From: Nitrospirota bacterium
GTDB taxonomy: Bacteria; Nitrospirota; UBA9217
Direction of reading: 5' to 3'
Assembly: GCA_963790205.1 (NCBI GenBank)
Contig: CAWBNQ010000010.1
Location: 93,948 to 157,947, forward strand
DNA length: 64,000 nt
In this document: positions 1 to 8,608 of the stretch, piece after piece
Position numbering within the stretch: position 1 is the stretch's first letter
Layout of the letters: every line of letters starts with the position of its first letter
The notes under the pieces: generated by a model
Told to the model about the DNA's origin: nothing
Seen by the model: the letters and a program-made list of their open reading frames with translations, nothing else
Databases searched by the model: none
Position numbers and translations under genes: made by a program

Positions 1-1
1 A

Positions 2-529
2 ACCGTTACTGCGCAAACAGCCGGCGCAGCCAACCTTCAGACCAACTCTCCGCTGGATGTGGTCTTTGCCGATGCCGCCGGAACCGATGACTCCGCCCGG
101 GACGGAAAGATGTCGGCGCGAGGGACCTACACGGTTAGCGCGCCGGTGCTGACGGTCACCAAGACCACGGCGGTCTACTCTGATCCGTTCAATGGCACCA
201 CGAACCCGAAGGCGATCCCCGGCGCGGTCATGACCTACACGATCACGATCGCGAATGGGGCCGGCGGCGCGACCGCCACGTCAGTTTCGATCGTGGACGC
301 CGTCCCGGCGAATACGACGTTCAAAACCACGTACGTTGACGCCTCTACCACCTGCTCAGGCGCAGACGGCATCGTGGTGGGCGCGGGGGCCGGGGTCTGC
401 AAAACCAACACGAACGATGGGGACGGCGCGGACTACAACGTATCGAATGCAGGCGCGGTGACGGTGACAGGGCTTTCGGTCGCCGCCAGCGCCAGCGCTG
501 TTGTCAGGTTCCAGGTTACGATCAATTAA
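2..529 (+). CDS. DUF11-domain secreted protein, putative fimbrial subunit (5' end outside window)
   Basis: Frame is open from position 2. C-terminal DUF11 motif LTVTKT...PKAIPGAVMTYTITIAN...SIVDAVP...VRFQVTIN; paralogous to 1317..2441. Confidence 0.85.
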   Translation, partial: TVTAQTAGAANLQTNSPLDVVFADAAGTDDSARDGKMSARGTYTVSAPVLTVTKTTAVYSDPFNGTTNPKAIPGAVMTYTITIANGAGGATATSVSIVDAVPANTTFKTTYVDASTTCSGADGIVVGAGAGVCKTNTNDGDGADYNVSNAGAVTVTGLSVAASASAVVRFQVTIN

Positions 530-592
530 GAGAAGCGATCATTCCATGATGGTCTAGTAAAAAACAGGAATGAAACAAAAAAGGAGGAACTC

Positions 593-1087
593 ATGAAAAG
601 AACGGTAATCAGCATCTTGGTCGCGCTTTTGCTCCTTCCTGCCGCGGCACGGGCGCAGCAAAAGGGAAGCGTAGAACTTAAATCGATTGCGGAAGTTGAG
701 GTCACGAAAACGAACGCAAAGGGCGAAAAGGAGGTGAAACGCGTTGACACGGCCAAGGCCAAGGTCGTGCCGGGCGATATGGTCATCTTTACGACGACCT
801 ACACGAACATCGGCAAGCAACCGGCGGACAAGGTCGTGATCACGAACCCCGTGCCCGAACATATGGATTACCTGGACAAGAGCGCCGAGGGCAAAGGAGC
901 GAAAATAGACTTCTCCGTGGACAAGGGAAAGAGCTACGAAACTCCCGATAAGCTTATGGTCACGGACGCGCAGGGAAAGACGCGGAAGGCGCGGCCTGCG
1001 GATTATACAACCATCCGGTGGACCCTGATCAAACCCGTGCCGCCGGGCGGCGCAGGCAGCGTCTCCTTCAGGGCCAAGCTGCAATAA
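593..1087 (+). CDS. Small exported single-DUF11-domain protein
   Basis: AGGAGG RBS; signal peptide ending AARA; VPGDMVIFTTTYTNIG..ADKVVITNPVP...IRWT...SVSFRAKLQ. Confidence 0.85.
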   Translation: MKRTVISILVALLLLPAAARAQQKGSVELKSIAEVEVTKTNAKGEKEVKRVDTAKAKVVPGDMVIFTTTYTNIGKQPADKVVITNPVPEHMDYLDKSAEGKGAKIDFSVDKGKSYETPDKLMVTDAQGKTRKARPADYTTIRWTLIKPVPPGGAGSVSFRAKLQ

Positions 1088-1316
1088 AGCAGGAAATGAC
1101 GTACCGTCCCGGTCACGTGGATCGGGAATGAATCAACAGAGATAATTTCGGGCACATTGGTTGAAAAATTTTAACAAGGAGGCAATTCGTGTGAAAGGAT
1201 AATCAGAGGGGAAGCATCACAAAAGAAAGTTAATAATTATGAAACGCATCTACGGACTACGGTCCGAACAGGCACATAAAACCATATAAAACGCAGCAGA
1301 ACGTAAAGGAGAAAAA

Positions 1317-2441
1317 ATGAAGACAGTAACGAAAAACATAGCATTGGCGCTGCTCCTCATCGGAGCGATGGCAATGCTGGCGCCGCAAACGGCCCTGGCG
1401 CTCGGCACCGCCGCAGGCACCCCGATAACCAACAACGCCGCCGTTAACTATAGCGTGAACGGCACGGGTCAGCCCCAGGTAAATGCCTCAGCAACCTTCA
1501 AGGTTGACGACAAGGTCAGCTTCACGTTGACTGCCCAGGATTCCGCGAACGTGACGATCTCCCCCAGCGGCGCAGCATACCAGACCTATGTGTTGACCAA
1601 TACCGGCAACGGCCCTCATGACTTTACCCTCGGTCCGGTAGTAATAGGCGGCAATACCCTTGCGCCTGCCACGGGGCCCACCTTGTATTCCACGAATACG
1701 GGTACGGGCGGCACGCAGTTGCCTATCGATGGAACCGCCACTCTTCCGTACATCAGCAATCTGGCGTCCGACGCGACAAGGACGGTCTATATGTACATAA
1801 CCGCGTCAGCAACGCCCACTGATGGACAGTTTGCCGACTATACGGTTACCGCCACGGCATACCAGCCCGGTAATCTCGGGAACCCGACCCCCGTCAAATC
1901 CTCAGTGCAAGCAGCAACGGATGCGACCGTTGACAAGAATTTAAATCTTAACGGTCAGGTATATGTCGTCCTGGCGGACGGACAGGGCAACGGCGGAGAT
2001 GGGCTCAGGGACGGCCTGTATGCCGTCATCGCGAAAAGCGGCGGCGGCTCCACCGTGGGCTTCCTTGTTTCGTCAGCCAATATTGCCGTCAATAAAACGG
2101 CCGCTCTCTACAGCGACCCTCTCGACGGCGTCTACAACGCTGTAACGAACAAGGCGCCGAAGGCCATTCCCGGCGCGTACATGATCTATACCCTGACCGT
2201 AACGAACAGCGGCACAGCCCCAACCAGCGCTCTCTCGATATCCGACACGCTGCCGGCGAGCCTGAGCTTTATCACTTATAACGACGGTGCGACCCCCTGC
2301 TCCAGCGGCCAGGTCGTTATCAACGGGTCCTGCTCTTCCGCCGGTGTGACCATCTCGGGCCAGAACCTGACAGTTACCGGCTTAAGCGCTGCATCAGGCG
2401 GTGGAACAGCAATCGTCAAGTACATGGTGACCATAAACTGA
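1317..2441 (+). CDS. DUF11-domain secreted protein, putative fimbrial subunit
   Basis: AAGGAG RBS; signal peptide ending ALA; N-terminal GTPITNNAAVNY strand; C-terminal DUF11 ending YMVTIN. Confidence 0.88.
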   Translation: MKTVTKNIALALLLIGAMAMLAPQTALALGTAAGTPITNNAAVNYSVNGTGQPQVNASATFKVDDKVSFTLTAQDSANVTISPSGAAYQTYVLTNTGNGPHDFTLGPVVIGGNTLAPATGPTLYSTNTGTGGTQLPIDGTATLPYISNLASDATRTVYMYITASATPTDGQFADYTVTATAYQPGNLGNPTPVKSSVQAATDATVDKNLNLNGQVYVVLADGQGNGGDGLRDGLYAVIAKSGGGSTVGFLVSSANIAVNKTAALYSDPLDGVYNAVTNKAPKAIPGAYMIYTLTVTNSGTAPTSALSISDTLPASLSFITYNDGATPCSSGQVVINGSCSSAGVTISGQNLTVTGLSAASGGGTAIVKYMVTIN

Positions 2442-2487
2442 TCTCAGTCGAAACGGCAAGAAAGAGCAAGGAAGTGAGAACGTCATT

Positions 2488-5400
2488 GTGAAAAATTTCT
2501 TCCCCATATCTGCCGCACTACGGCGCCTCTGCTTCGGCATCATTGCCGGGGCACGCGCCCTCGTGCGCCTTTTTGCGGAAGAGCTCGAGATCAGCCGCAA
2601 AGGCGCGGAGGGACCGAGATCGTCGTCTCGGCCTTTCCGTGCCTCTGCGGCGTCTGTTTTGTCCTTTGGCCCGCGCTCACGCGCGGCATTCGCTGTTTTA
2701 TGCATGTCTTTATCATTTATTCTTTTTCATTCCCCTGTCCTGTGGGCCGCCACTCCCGCGGGAACGGTCATCAGCAACACCGCCCTGGCGAACTATACGG
2801 ACGGCCCGTCGTCGGGCATCATCAGCAGGAATTCGAACACTTTTAACGTCACCACGGTCGCGTTCCGCACACCGGCCACGATCGAGTTAATGGAGTACGC
2901 GCCAGCGTTGCCGGGCGTCCAGAGCATTCCGGTACCGGCGACAGCGTACAGCACCAGCGGCTCGACTGCCGGGCCTTTTACGGCCCTGGGCCCTCCCCTG
3001 ACTCTGAGCGGCGCGACCATCAATCTGGGAAGCCCCGTCCCGCTCGCGGACACGGGCCTCTACCGCTCCGGAGAAGCAGTCTTTGTCCGCCTGACGGACC
3101 TAGACCAAAACACGGACCCCTCCACGGCCCAGACAGTGCTCGTGACCTTAACGGACGACCTGACCGGCGATACGGAAGTCCTCCGGCTCACGGAGACCGG
3201 GCCTAATACGGGCGTATTTACCGGTTATATCCAGACGACGGCCCAGCCCGCAGCCAATGGCAACGGACTGTTGAGCGTCTTGGATAATTCCCATATCACG
3301 GCCTCCTATGTAGACGCCGCGGATAGCACGGACAAGGCGAGCGCCAGGGCCTTGGTCAACCCGCTCTCCAAAGTGTTCAGCAGCGCTACCGGCCAACTTG
3401 TGAACGGGATCTCCATAACGCTCGTTGATGCGGCCACGAACCTGCCCGCGACGGTCTACGGCGATGATGGCGTGAGCATCTTCCCCTCGACGATCAAGAC
3501 GGGTATGACCACGACGGACGGAAGCGGGAAGATCTATTCCTTCCCCAGCGGAGAGTACCAGTTCCCCTACATTCCGGCGGGCACCTACCGCCTCGCAGTG
3601 ACGCCTCCGACGGGGTATAAAGCGCCGTCCACGGTCCCCACCGCAGCGCTCCAGAAACTGCCGGGCGGACCGTTCGTCATCGTTGACCCCGCTTCCCGGG
3701 GCGGTCAATTCACGGTGAGCGCCGGCTTCACGGCCCAGATCGACATCCCGGTGGATCCTGCAGGCAAGGGGCTCTTTCTGCTTAAATCCGCGGCAAATAC
3801 CGACGCGGCGATCGGGGACTTTTTGCAATACCAACTGAGCGTGCAGAACACCAATGCGACCGCGGCCGTGACGGGCGTTGTCGTGAACGACACTCTGCCC
3901 CTGGGGTTCCGCTACCGGAAAGGCTCCACCAAGATCAACCTCATTGCTGCTCCGGACCCCTCCATATCCGGCGACGGCCTTACCCTGACGTTCACGGTCG
4001 GAAGTATCCCGGCCGCGACGACGACGAACATCTCCTACGTGACGGAGATCGCCGCCGGAGCGAAAATGGGAACGGCCATCAACACCGCCGTCGCCCTGGG
4101 CAAGGGGGCGGTTTCCAATCCGGCCACGGCCTCGGTCCTGGTAAAGAACGACTTTTTCAGCGATAAGGCCTTCATCATGGGCGCCGTGCGGGTGGACGGC
4201 TGCGGAAAATCCGAGGCAGCCGAGAAGGGCGGTCTTGAAGGGGTGCGCCTCTTCATGGAAGACGGGACATACGTTGTGACCGATAAGAACGGCATGTTCC
4301 ACTTCGAGGGCGTCAACCCGGGCACTCATGTCGTGCAGCTCGATCTGGACACCCTGCCGGAAAAATACGAGGTCCTGTCCTGTGAAGAAAACGACCGGTT
4401 CGCGGAAACGCCCTATTCCCAGTTTGTGGACCTCCAGGGAGGGACCCTCTGGCGCGCCGACTTCCACCTGGGCCTCAAGGCCCGGGCCGTGGGCGAGGCG
4501 GGCCTGGAACTTCGGAGCGTCTTGAAAACAGCGCAGACCGGCAGCCGCGGCAATACGATCGAATACAGCGTTCCCCTCCGCGTGGGGTCCGTGCCGCTCC
4601 GCAACGTGCGTTTGACGGTCATGCTGCCCGAAGGTTCGACCTATCAGGCGGGGAGCAGCATGCTCAACACGGTCCCGCAGCCCGACCCGTCGAACGTGGA
4701 GAATGCTCTGACCTACCGCCTCGGGGATGTCCCCGCGGACTGGGAAGGCACACTGCGTTTCAACGCCGCCGTCCCCTTTGCAGGGAACGCCGGCGAGCTG
4801 GCGACCAAGGCGCTCCTCATCTTCGATACCCCGCAGAAAAAGAACGAGCGGACCCCCGTGGTGGACAACCTGCTCGTGCGGAACGTCGTGGAAGAGCGCC
4901 AGTCCGTTCCGGATGTCGTTCTGCACCCGAAGTTTGCGGTCCTGAGCGCTACCTTGAACAAGAAAGACAAGAAGGCCCTGAACCGCCTGATTAAAGATCT
5001 GAAAGAGTCAGGGGTGACACGCCTTATCGTGACGGGCCATACGGACTCCGGCAGGATCCGGGGACGGGCTGCGAAAAAATTCAAGGACAACTACGCGCTG
5101 TCCCGGGCCAGGGCCGAGACCGTGGGCCGCTACATCGCCGCGCGCCTCAAGCTCTCTCCCGAACAGGTGAACTTCATCGGAAAGGGAGCGGATGAACCCG
5201 TTGCAACGAACAAGACGGCGAAGGGACGCGCCCAGAACCGCCGCGTAGAGCTGCAGGTGGAAACCGAAAAAGTCATCGTCATGGCCGAACTGAAGAATGA
5301 AAAGGGCGCCAGCGGCGTTAAAACGGTGACAACCACGGGCCTGAGGCCGGGTGAGAAATGGACCGGACCGGAGACGAAAAAGCCCGTTCAGGACGAGAAG

Positions 5401-8400
5401 AAAATGCCCGAGTACACCCCTGAATGGCTCGAATCGGCGGAGCCGGGATTCGCGTGGCTCTGGCCCGGCGAGGGTTATTACCCGGCCATACCGGCCACGA
5501 AGATTGCCATCAAACACGACCCTGCGAAGAAGCTCAAGCTTTTCCTGAACGGAGAAGAGGTGAACGCGCTCTATCTCGACGGCACGCTCAAGCGGCAGGA
5601 TGGCAAGGTCGCCGTCAGCGTCTGGCGGGGCGTGAATCTCCGGGACGGAGACAATATTTTCGAGGCCATACAGTATGATGAAAACGGCGCCGAGGCGGGG
5701 AAACTGAAACGGGTCCTGCATTATTCCACGCCTCCGGTAAAGGCGGAGCTGGCGCCGGCGCAGTCGAAACTCGTGGCTGACGGCAAGAACCCTCCGGTCA
5801 TCGCCGTCCGGCTCACGGACAAGGACGGAGCTCCCGCGCGCGAGGGGGTCATCGGCGAGTACAGCATCGATCCTCCCCGTGTTTCGCGCCAGAGCGCCGA
5901 GGACCTCCAGAAGAACCCCCTGACCGCGTCCACGAGCGATAAGTTGAAATATCAGGTGGGAGCGAACGGCATCGCCCTCATCGAACTCCAGCCCACGACG
6001 ACAACCGGCGCGGCGGTGATCAAGATCCCCCTGCCGGACGGCGTCCATGAGATCCGGGCATGGCTCACCCCGGAAAAACGCGACTGGATCCTGGTCGGCC
6101 TCGCCGATGGGACGGTCGGCTACAACGTGGTGAAAAGCAAAATGGAAAACGCGCCCTCCGGCCAGGACGACCAGATCTATAGAGACGGCCGGGTCGCGTT
6201 CTACGCCAAAGGAGCGATCAAGGGCGAGTGGCTCCTTACCATAGCCTACGACAGCGACAAGGGTGGAAATAAGGATACGAAGAGCCTCTATCAGACGATC
6301 GACCCGAACAAATACTATACCCTCTACGGCGATGCCACGGACCAGCGCGCGGACGCGGCAAGCTCTCAGACCCTTTACGTCAAGATCGAGCGCGACCAGT
6401 TCTACGCCCTGTTCGGCGACTACGATACGGGCCTGACGGTGACCGAGCTGTCGCGGTATTCCCGCCAGTTCACGGGCCTGAAGTCGGAGCTGAAATCGGA
6501 ACATTACGATTACACGCTCTACGCAAGCCAGAATACCCAGGCGTTCGTAAAGGACGAGATCCAGGGCGACGGCACGTCCGGCCTCTACCGGCTGTCGCGG
6601 AAAAACATCATCGTCAATTCGGATTCAGTAGTCATCGAGACAAGAGACCGGTTCAGGAGTGAAGTGGTCCTCTCTTCCCAGCCGATGAGCCGCTTCGTCG
6701 ATTACACCATCGATTACGACGCGGGAACCGTCTGGTTCAAGTCGCCCATATTCAACCGGGATGCCAACTTCAATCCCATTTTCATCGTCGTGCGGTATGA
6801 GTTGTTCGATACATCGGGATCTACTTATAATAATTACGGCGGACGCGGAGCGGTGCGGGTCCTGAACAACCGGCTCGAGGTCGGCGCCACGCACATCCAC
6901 GAGGAACAAAACGGCGGCGCCGGAACTCTCACGGGCCTCGACACGACCGTCAAACTGGACGACCAGACGAAGATCAAGGCCGAGATGGCGATGACGAATA
7001 CCGACGAAGGCGGCGGCGCGAGCGACGGCTCCGCCTGGCTGGCGGAAGTGTCCCACCGCTCGGATAAGCTGGAGGGAAAGACATACGTGCGCGAGCAGGA
7101 ACCGGGTTTCGGTCTGGGTCAGCAGAACAACAGCGAGACGGGCACCAAAAAAACCGGCTTCGATCTTACCTACCATTTGAGCCAGTCATTCGACCTGACG
7201 AGTGACGCATTCCGTCAGGAAAACCTTACGAATAACGCGGTCAGGAACATGGCCGAGCTGCAGGGAAAGTACAGCGATAAACGCTACGAGCTTTTCAGCG
7301 GAGTGCGGTATGCGCAGGACGCGTTTGACGACGGCACAACGCAGACGTCGGACCAGATTTTCGTCGGCGGCAGGTACCTGATGACCGAGCGCCTTTCCGT
7401 CACCTTCCGCCAGGACCAGTCGATCGGCAATGAAAATGGGAACGCCGACTTCCCGACACGGACGACCCTGGGCGCGGATTACAAGTTGACCAACAGCTCG
7501 TCGCTCTTCGCGGCCGAGGAACTGACCCATGGAGCAGAGCTGGACACGGACACAACGCGTGTCGGACTGAGGTCGGCGCCGTGGACCGGCGGCCAGGTGA
7601 GTTCAACCGTGGAGGACCAGACCTCGGAAAACGGTGAGCGGCTCTTTTCCACCCTGGGCCTCAAGCAGACCTGGCAGGTGAGCAAACGGTGGACCGTTGA
7701 CGCCGGCCTGGACCGCTCGCAAACGATCCAGCAGACGACGTCCGCGACGACCGTTGCGCCGGTGGATCAATTCAACACCAACGTGCCTCCGGCCTCGGGC
7801 GGCCCGGACTTCACCGCCCTGTCGCTCGGCGCGGGTTACAAGGCGGACAAATGGGCGTGGACGGGCCGCGTGGAAGAACGGCACTCGTCGGATGACAATA
7901 AGTTCAGCGTCCTTTCAGGCGTGAACGGAGAAGTTTCTGAAGGGCTCGGTCTTGCGGCGGGAGTGCAGGAGTTCCACTCGACATTCAATACGGGGGTCAG
8001 CACCAAGAACGATGACGTGCGTCTCGGCCTCGTTTATCGCCCGAAGAACAGCGACTGGATCGTGCTCGACCGCCTGGATCTCCTCCGCGATGAACAAAGT
8101 AACGGTGCTTTCAACTACGACAACTGGCGCGTGGTCAACAACATGAACACGAATTTCAAAGCTGGCCCGGACACGCAGCTTTCCCTGCAGTACGCCTGCA
8201 AATACGTGCGGGAGACCATCGATGATCTGGACTACCGGGGTTATACGGACCTCACCGGATTGGAAGTCCGGTACGACCTGACGAAGAAATGGGACATCGG
8301 GGTGCGGGGCAGAATACTGCACTCCTGGAGTGTCGACCAGTACCACTACGGGACCGGGCTCTCGCTGGGGTACAACTTCGTGAAAAACGTGTTGATACGC

Positions 8401-8541
8401 GCCGGCTATAATATCACAGGCTTCACGGACAAGGATTTCTCGAAAGCGGACTTCACCAGCGAAGGTCCTTTTTTCAAAATCAGCCTCAAGTTCGACCAGG
8501 TATCGGTCAGGAGCGCCGTGAAATGGATCACCGGACTGTAA
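2488..8541 (+). CDS. Very large envelope protein: Ig-like/DUF11/SdrD-B-like domains, OmpA-like peptidoglycan-binding domain, probable C-terminal beta-barrel (start may be ATG 2705)
   Basis: Complete DUF11 (LFLLKS..DTLP..INTAVA); OmpA_C motifs GHTDS, NYALSRARA, GRAQNRRVE; about 800 C-terminal aa of amphipathic, aromatic-ended strands. Confidence 0.85.
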   Translation: MKNFFPISAALRRLCFGIIAGARALVRLFAEELEISRKGAEGPRSSSRPFRASAASVLSFGPRSRAAFAVLCMSLSFILFHSPVLWAATPAGTVISNTALANYTDGPSSGIISRNSNTFNVTTVAFRTPATIELMEYAPALPGVQSIPVPATAYSTSGSTAGPFTALGPPLTLSGATINLGSPVPLADTGLYRSGEAVFVRLTDLDQNTDPSTAQTVLVTLTDDLTGDTEVLRLTETGPNTGVFTGYIQTTAQPAANGNGLLSVLDNSHITASYVDAADSTDKASARALVNPLSKVFSSATGQLVNGISITLVDAATNLPATVYGDDGVSIFPSTIKTGMTTTDGSGKIYSFPSGEYQFPYIPAGTYRLAVTPPTGYKAPSTVPTAALQKLPGGPFVIVDPASRGGQFTVSAGFTAQIDIPVDPAGKGLFLLKSAANTDAAIGDFLQYQLSVQNTNATAAVTGVVVNDTLPLGFRYRKGSTKINLIAAPDPSISGDGLTLTFTVGSIPAATTTNISYVTEIAAGAKMGTAINTAVALGKGAVSNPATASVLVKNDFFSDKAFIMGAVRVDGCGKSEAAEKGGLEGVRLFMEDGTYVVTDKNGMFHFEGVNPGTHVVQLDLDTLPEKYEVLSCEENDRFAETPYSQFVDLQGGTLWRADFHLGLKARAVGEAGLELRSVLKTAQTGSRGNTIEYSVPLRVGSVPLRNVRLTVMLPEGSTYQAGSSMLNTVPQPDPSNVENALTYRLGDVPADWEGTLRFNAAVPFAGNAGELATKALLIFDTPQKKNERTPVVDNLLVRNVVEERQSVPDVVLHPKFAVLSATLNKKDKKALNRLIKDLKESGVTRLIVTGHTDSGRIRGRAAKKFKDNYALSRARAETVGRYIAARLKLSPEQVNFIGKGADEPVATNKTAKGRAQNRRVELQVETEKVIVMAELKNEKGASGVKTVTTTGLRPGEKWTGPETKKPVQDEKKMPEYTPEWLESAEPGFAWLWPGEGYYPAIPATKIAIKHDPAKKLKLFLNGEEVNALYLDGTLKRQDGKVAVSVWRGVNLRDGDNIFEAIQYDENGAEAGKLKRVLHYSTPPVKAELAPAQSKLVADGKNPPVIAVRLTDKDGAPAREGVIGEYSIDPPRVSRQSAEDLQKNPLTASTSDKLKYQVGANGIALIELQPTTTTGAAVIKIPLPDGVHEIRAWLTPEKRDWILVGLADGTVGYNVVKSKMENAPSGQDDQIYRDGRVAFYAKGAIKGEWLLTIAYDSDKGGNKDTKSLYQTIDPNKYYTLYGDATDQRADAASSQTLYVKIERDQFYALFGDYDTGLTVTELSRYSRQFTGLKSELKSEHYDYTLYASQNTQAFVKDEIQGDGTSGLYRLSRKNIIVNSDSVVIETRDRFRSEVVLSSQPMSRFVDYTIDYDAGTVWFKSPIFNRDANFNPIFIVVRYELFDTSGSTYNNYGGRGAVRVLNNRLEVGATHIHEEQNGGAGTLTGLDTTVKLDDQTKIKAEMAMTNTDEGGGASDGSAWLAEVSHRSDKLEGKTYVREQEPGFGLGQQNNSETGTKKTGFDLTYHLSQSFDLTSDAFRQENLTNNAVRNMAELQGKYSDKRYELFSGVRYAQDAFDDGTTQTSDQIFVGGRYLMTERLSVTFRQDQSIGNENGNADFPTRTTLGADYKLTNSSSLFAAEELTHGAELDTDTTRVGLRSAPWTGGQVSSTVEDQTSENGERLFSTLGLKQTWQVSKRWTVDAGLDRSQTIQQTTSATTVAPVDQFNTNVPPASGGPDFTALSLGAGYKADKWAWTGRVEERHSSDDNKFSVLSGVNGEVSEGLGLAAGVQEFHSTFNTGVSTKNDDVRLGLVYRPKNSDWIVLDRLDLLRDEQSNGAFNYDNWRVVNNMNTNFKAGPDTQLSLQYACKYVRETIDDLDYRGYTDLTGLEVRYDLTKKWDIGVRGRILHSWSVDQYHYGTGLSLGYNFVKNVLIRAGYNITGFTDKDFSKADFTSEGPFFKISLKFDQVSVRSAVKWITGL
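2594..2651. repeat. Imperfect palindrome (26-bp arms, 6-nt loop), REP-like
   Basis: GCCGCAAAGGCGCGGAGGGACCGAGA pairs with TCTCGGCCTTTCCGTGCCTCTGCGGC. Confidence 0.65.
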
Positions 8542-8556
8542 CCGTGATCGTGAAAA
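8512..8556 (+). repeat. 45-bp direct repeat copy 1 (3' end of the large envelope gene); copy 2 at 12030..12074
   Basis: AGCGCCGTGAAATGGATCACCGGACTGTA(A/G)CCGTGATCGTGAAAA, 44/45 identical. Confidence 0.95.
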
Positions 8557-8608
8557 TATGGTACTGCAACGCTATCGCAAAGCTATCAAGCACGATTACG
8601 TATGAAGT

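Noticed and set aside
1088..1316. Riboswitch or small ORF in the AT-rich DUF11 spacer
   Set aside because: No c-di-GMP riboswitch consensus recognised; the AAGGAGG there leads only to immediate stops.
3148..6504. Long antisense ORFs (592 and 498 aa) and similar shadow ORFs across the window
   Set aside because: They mirror well-supported genes in GC-rich DNA and contain no recognisable motifs.
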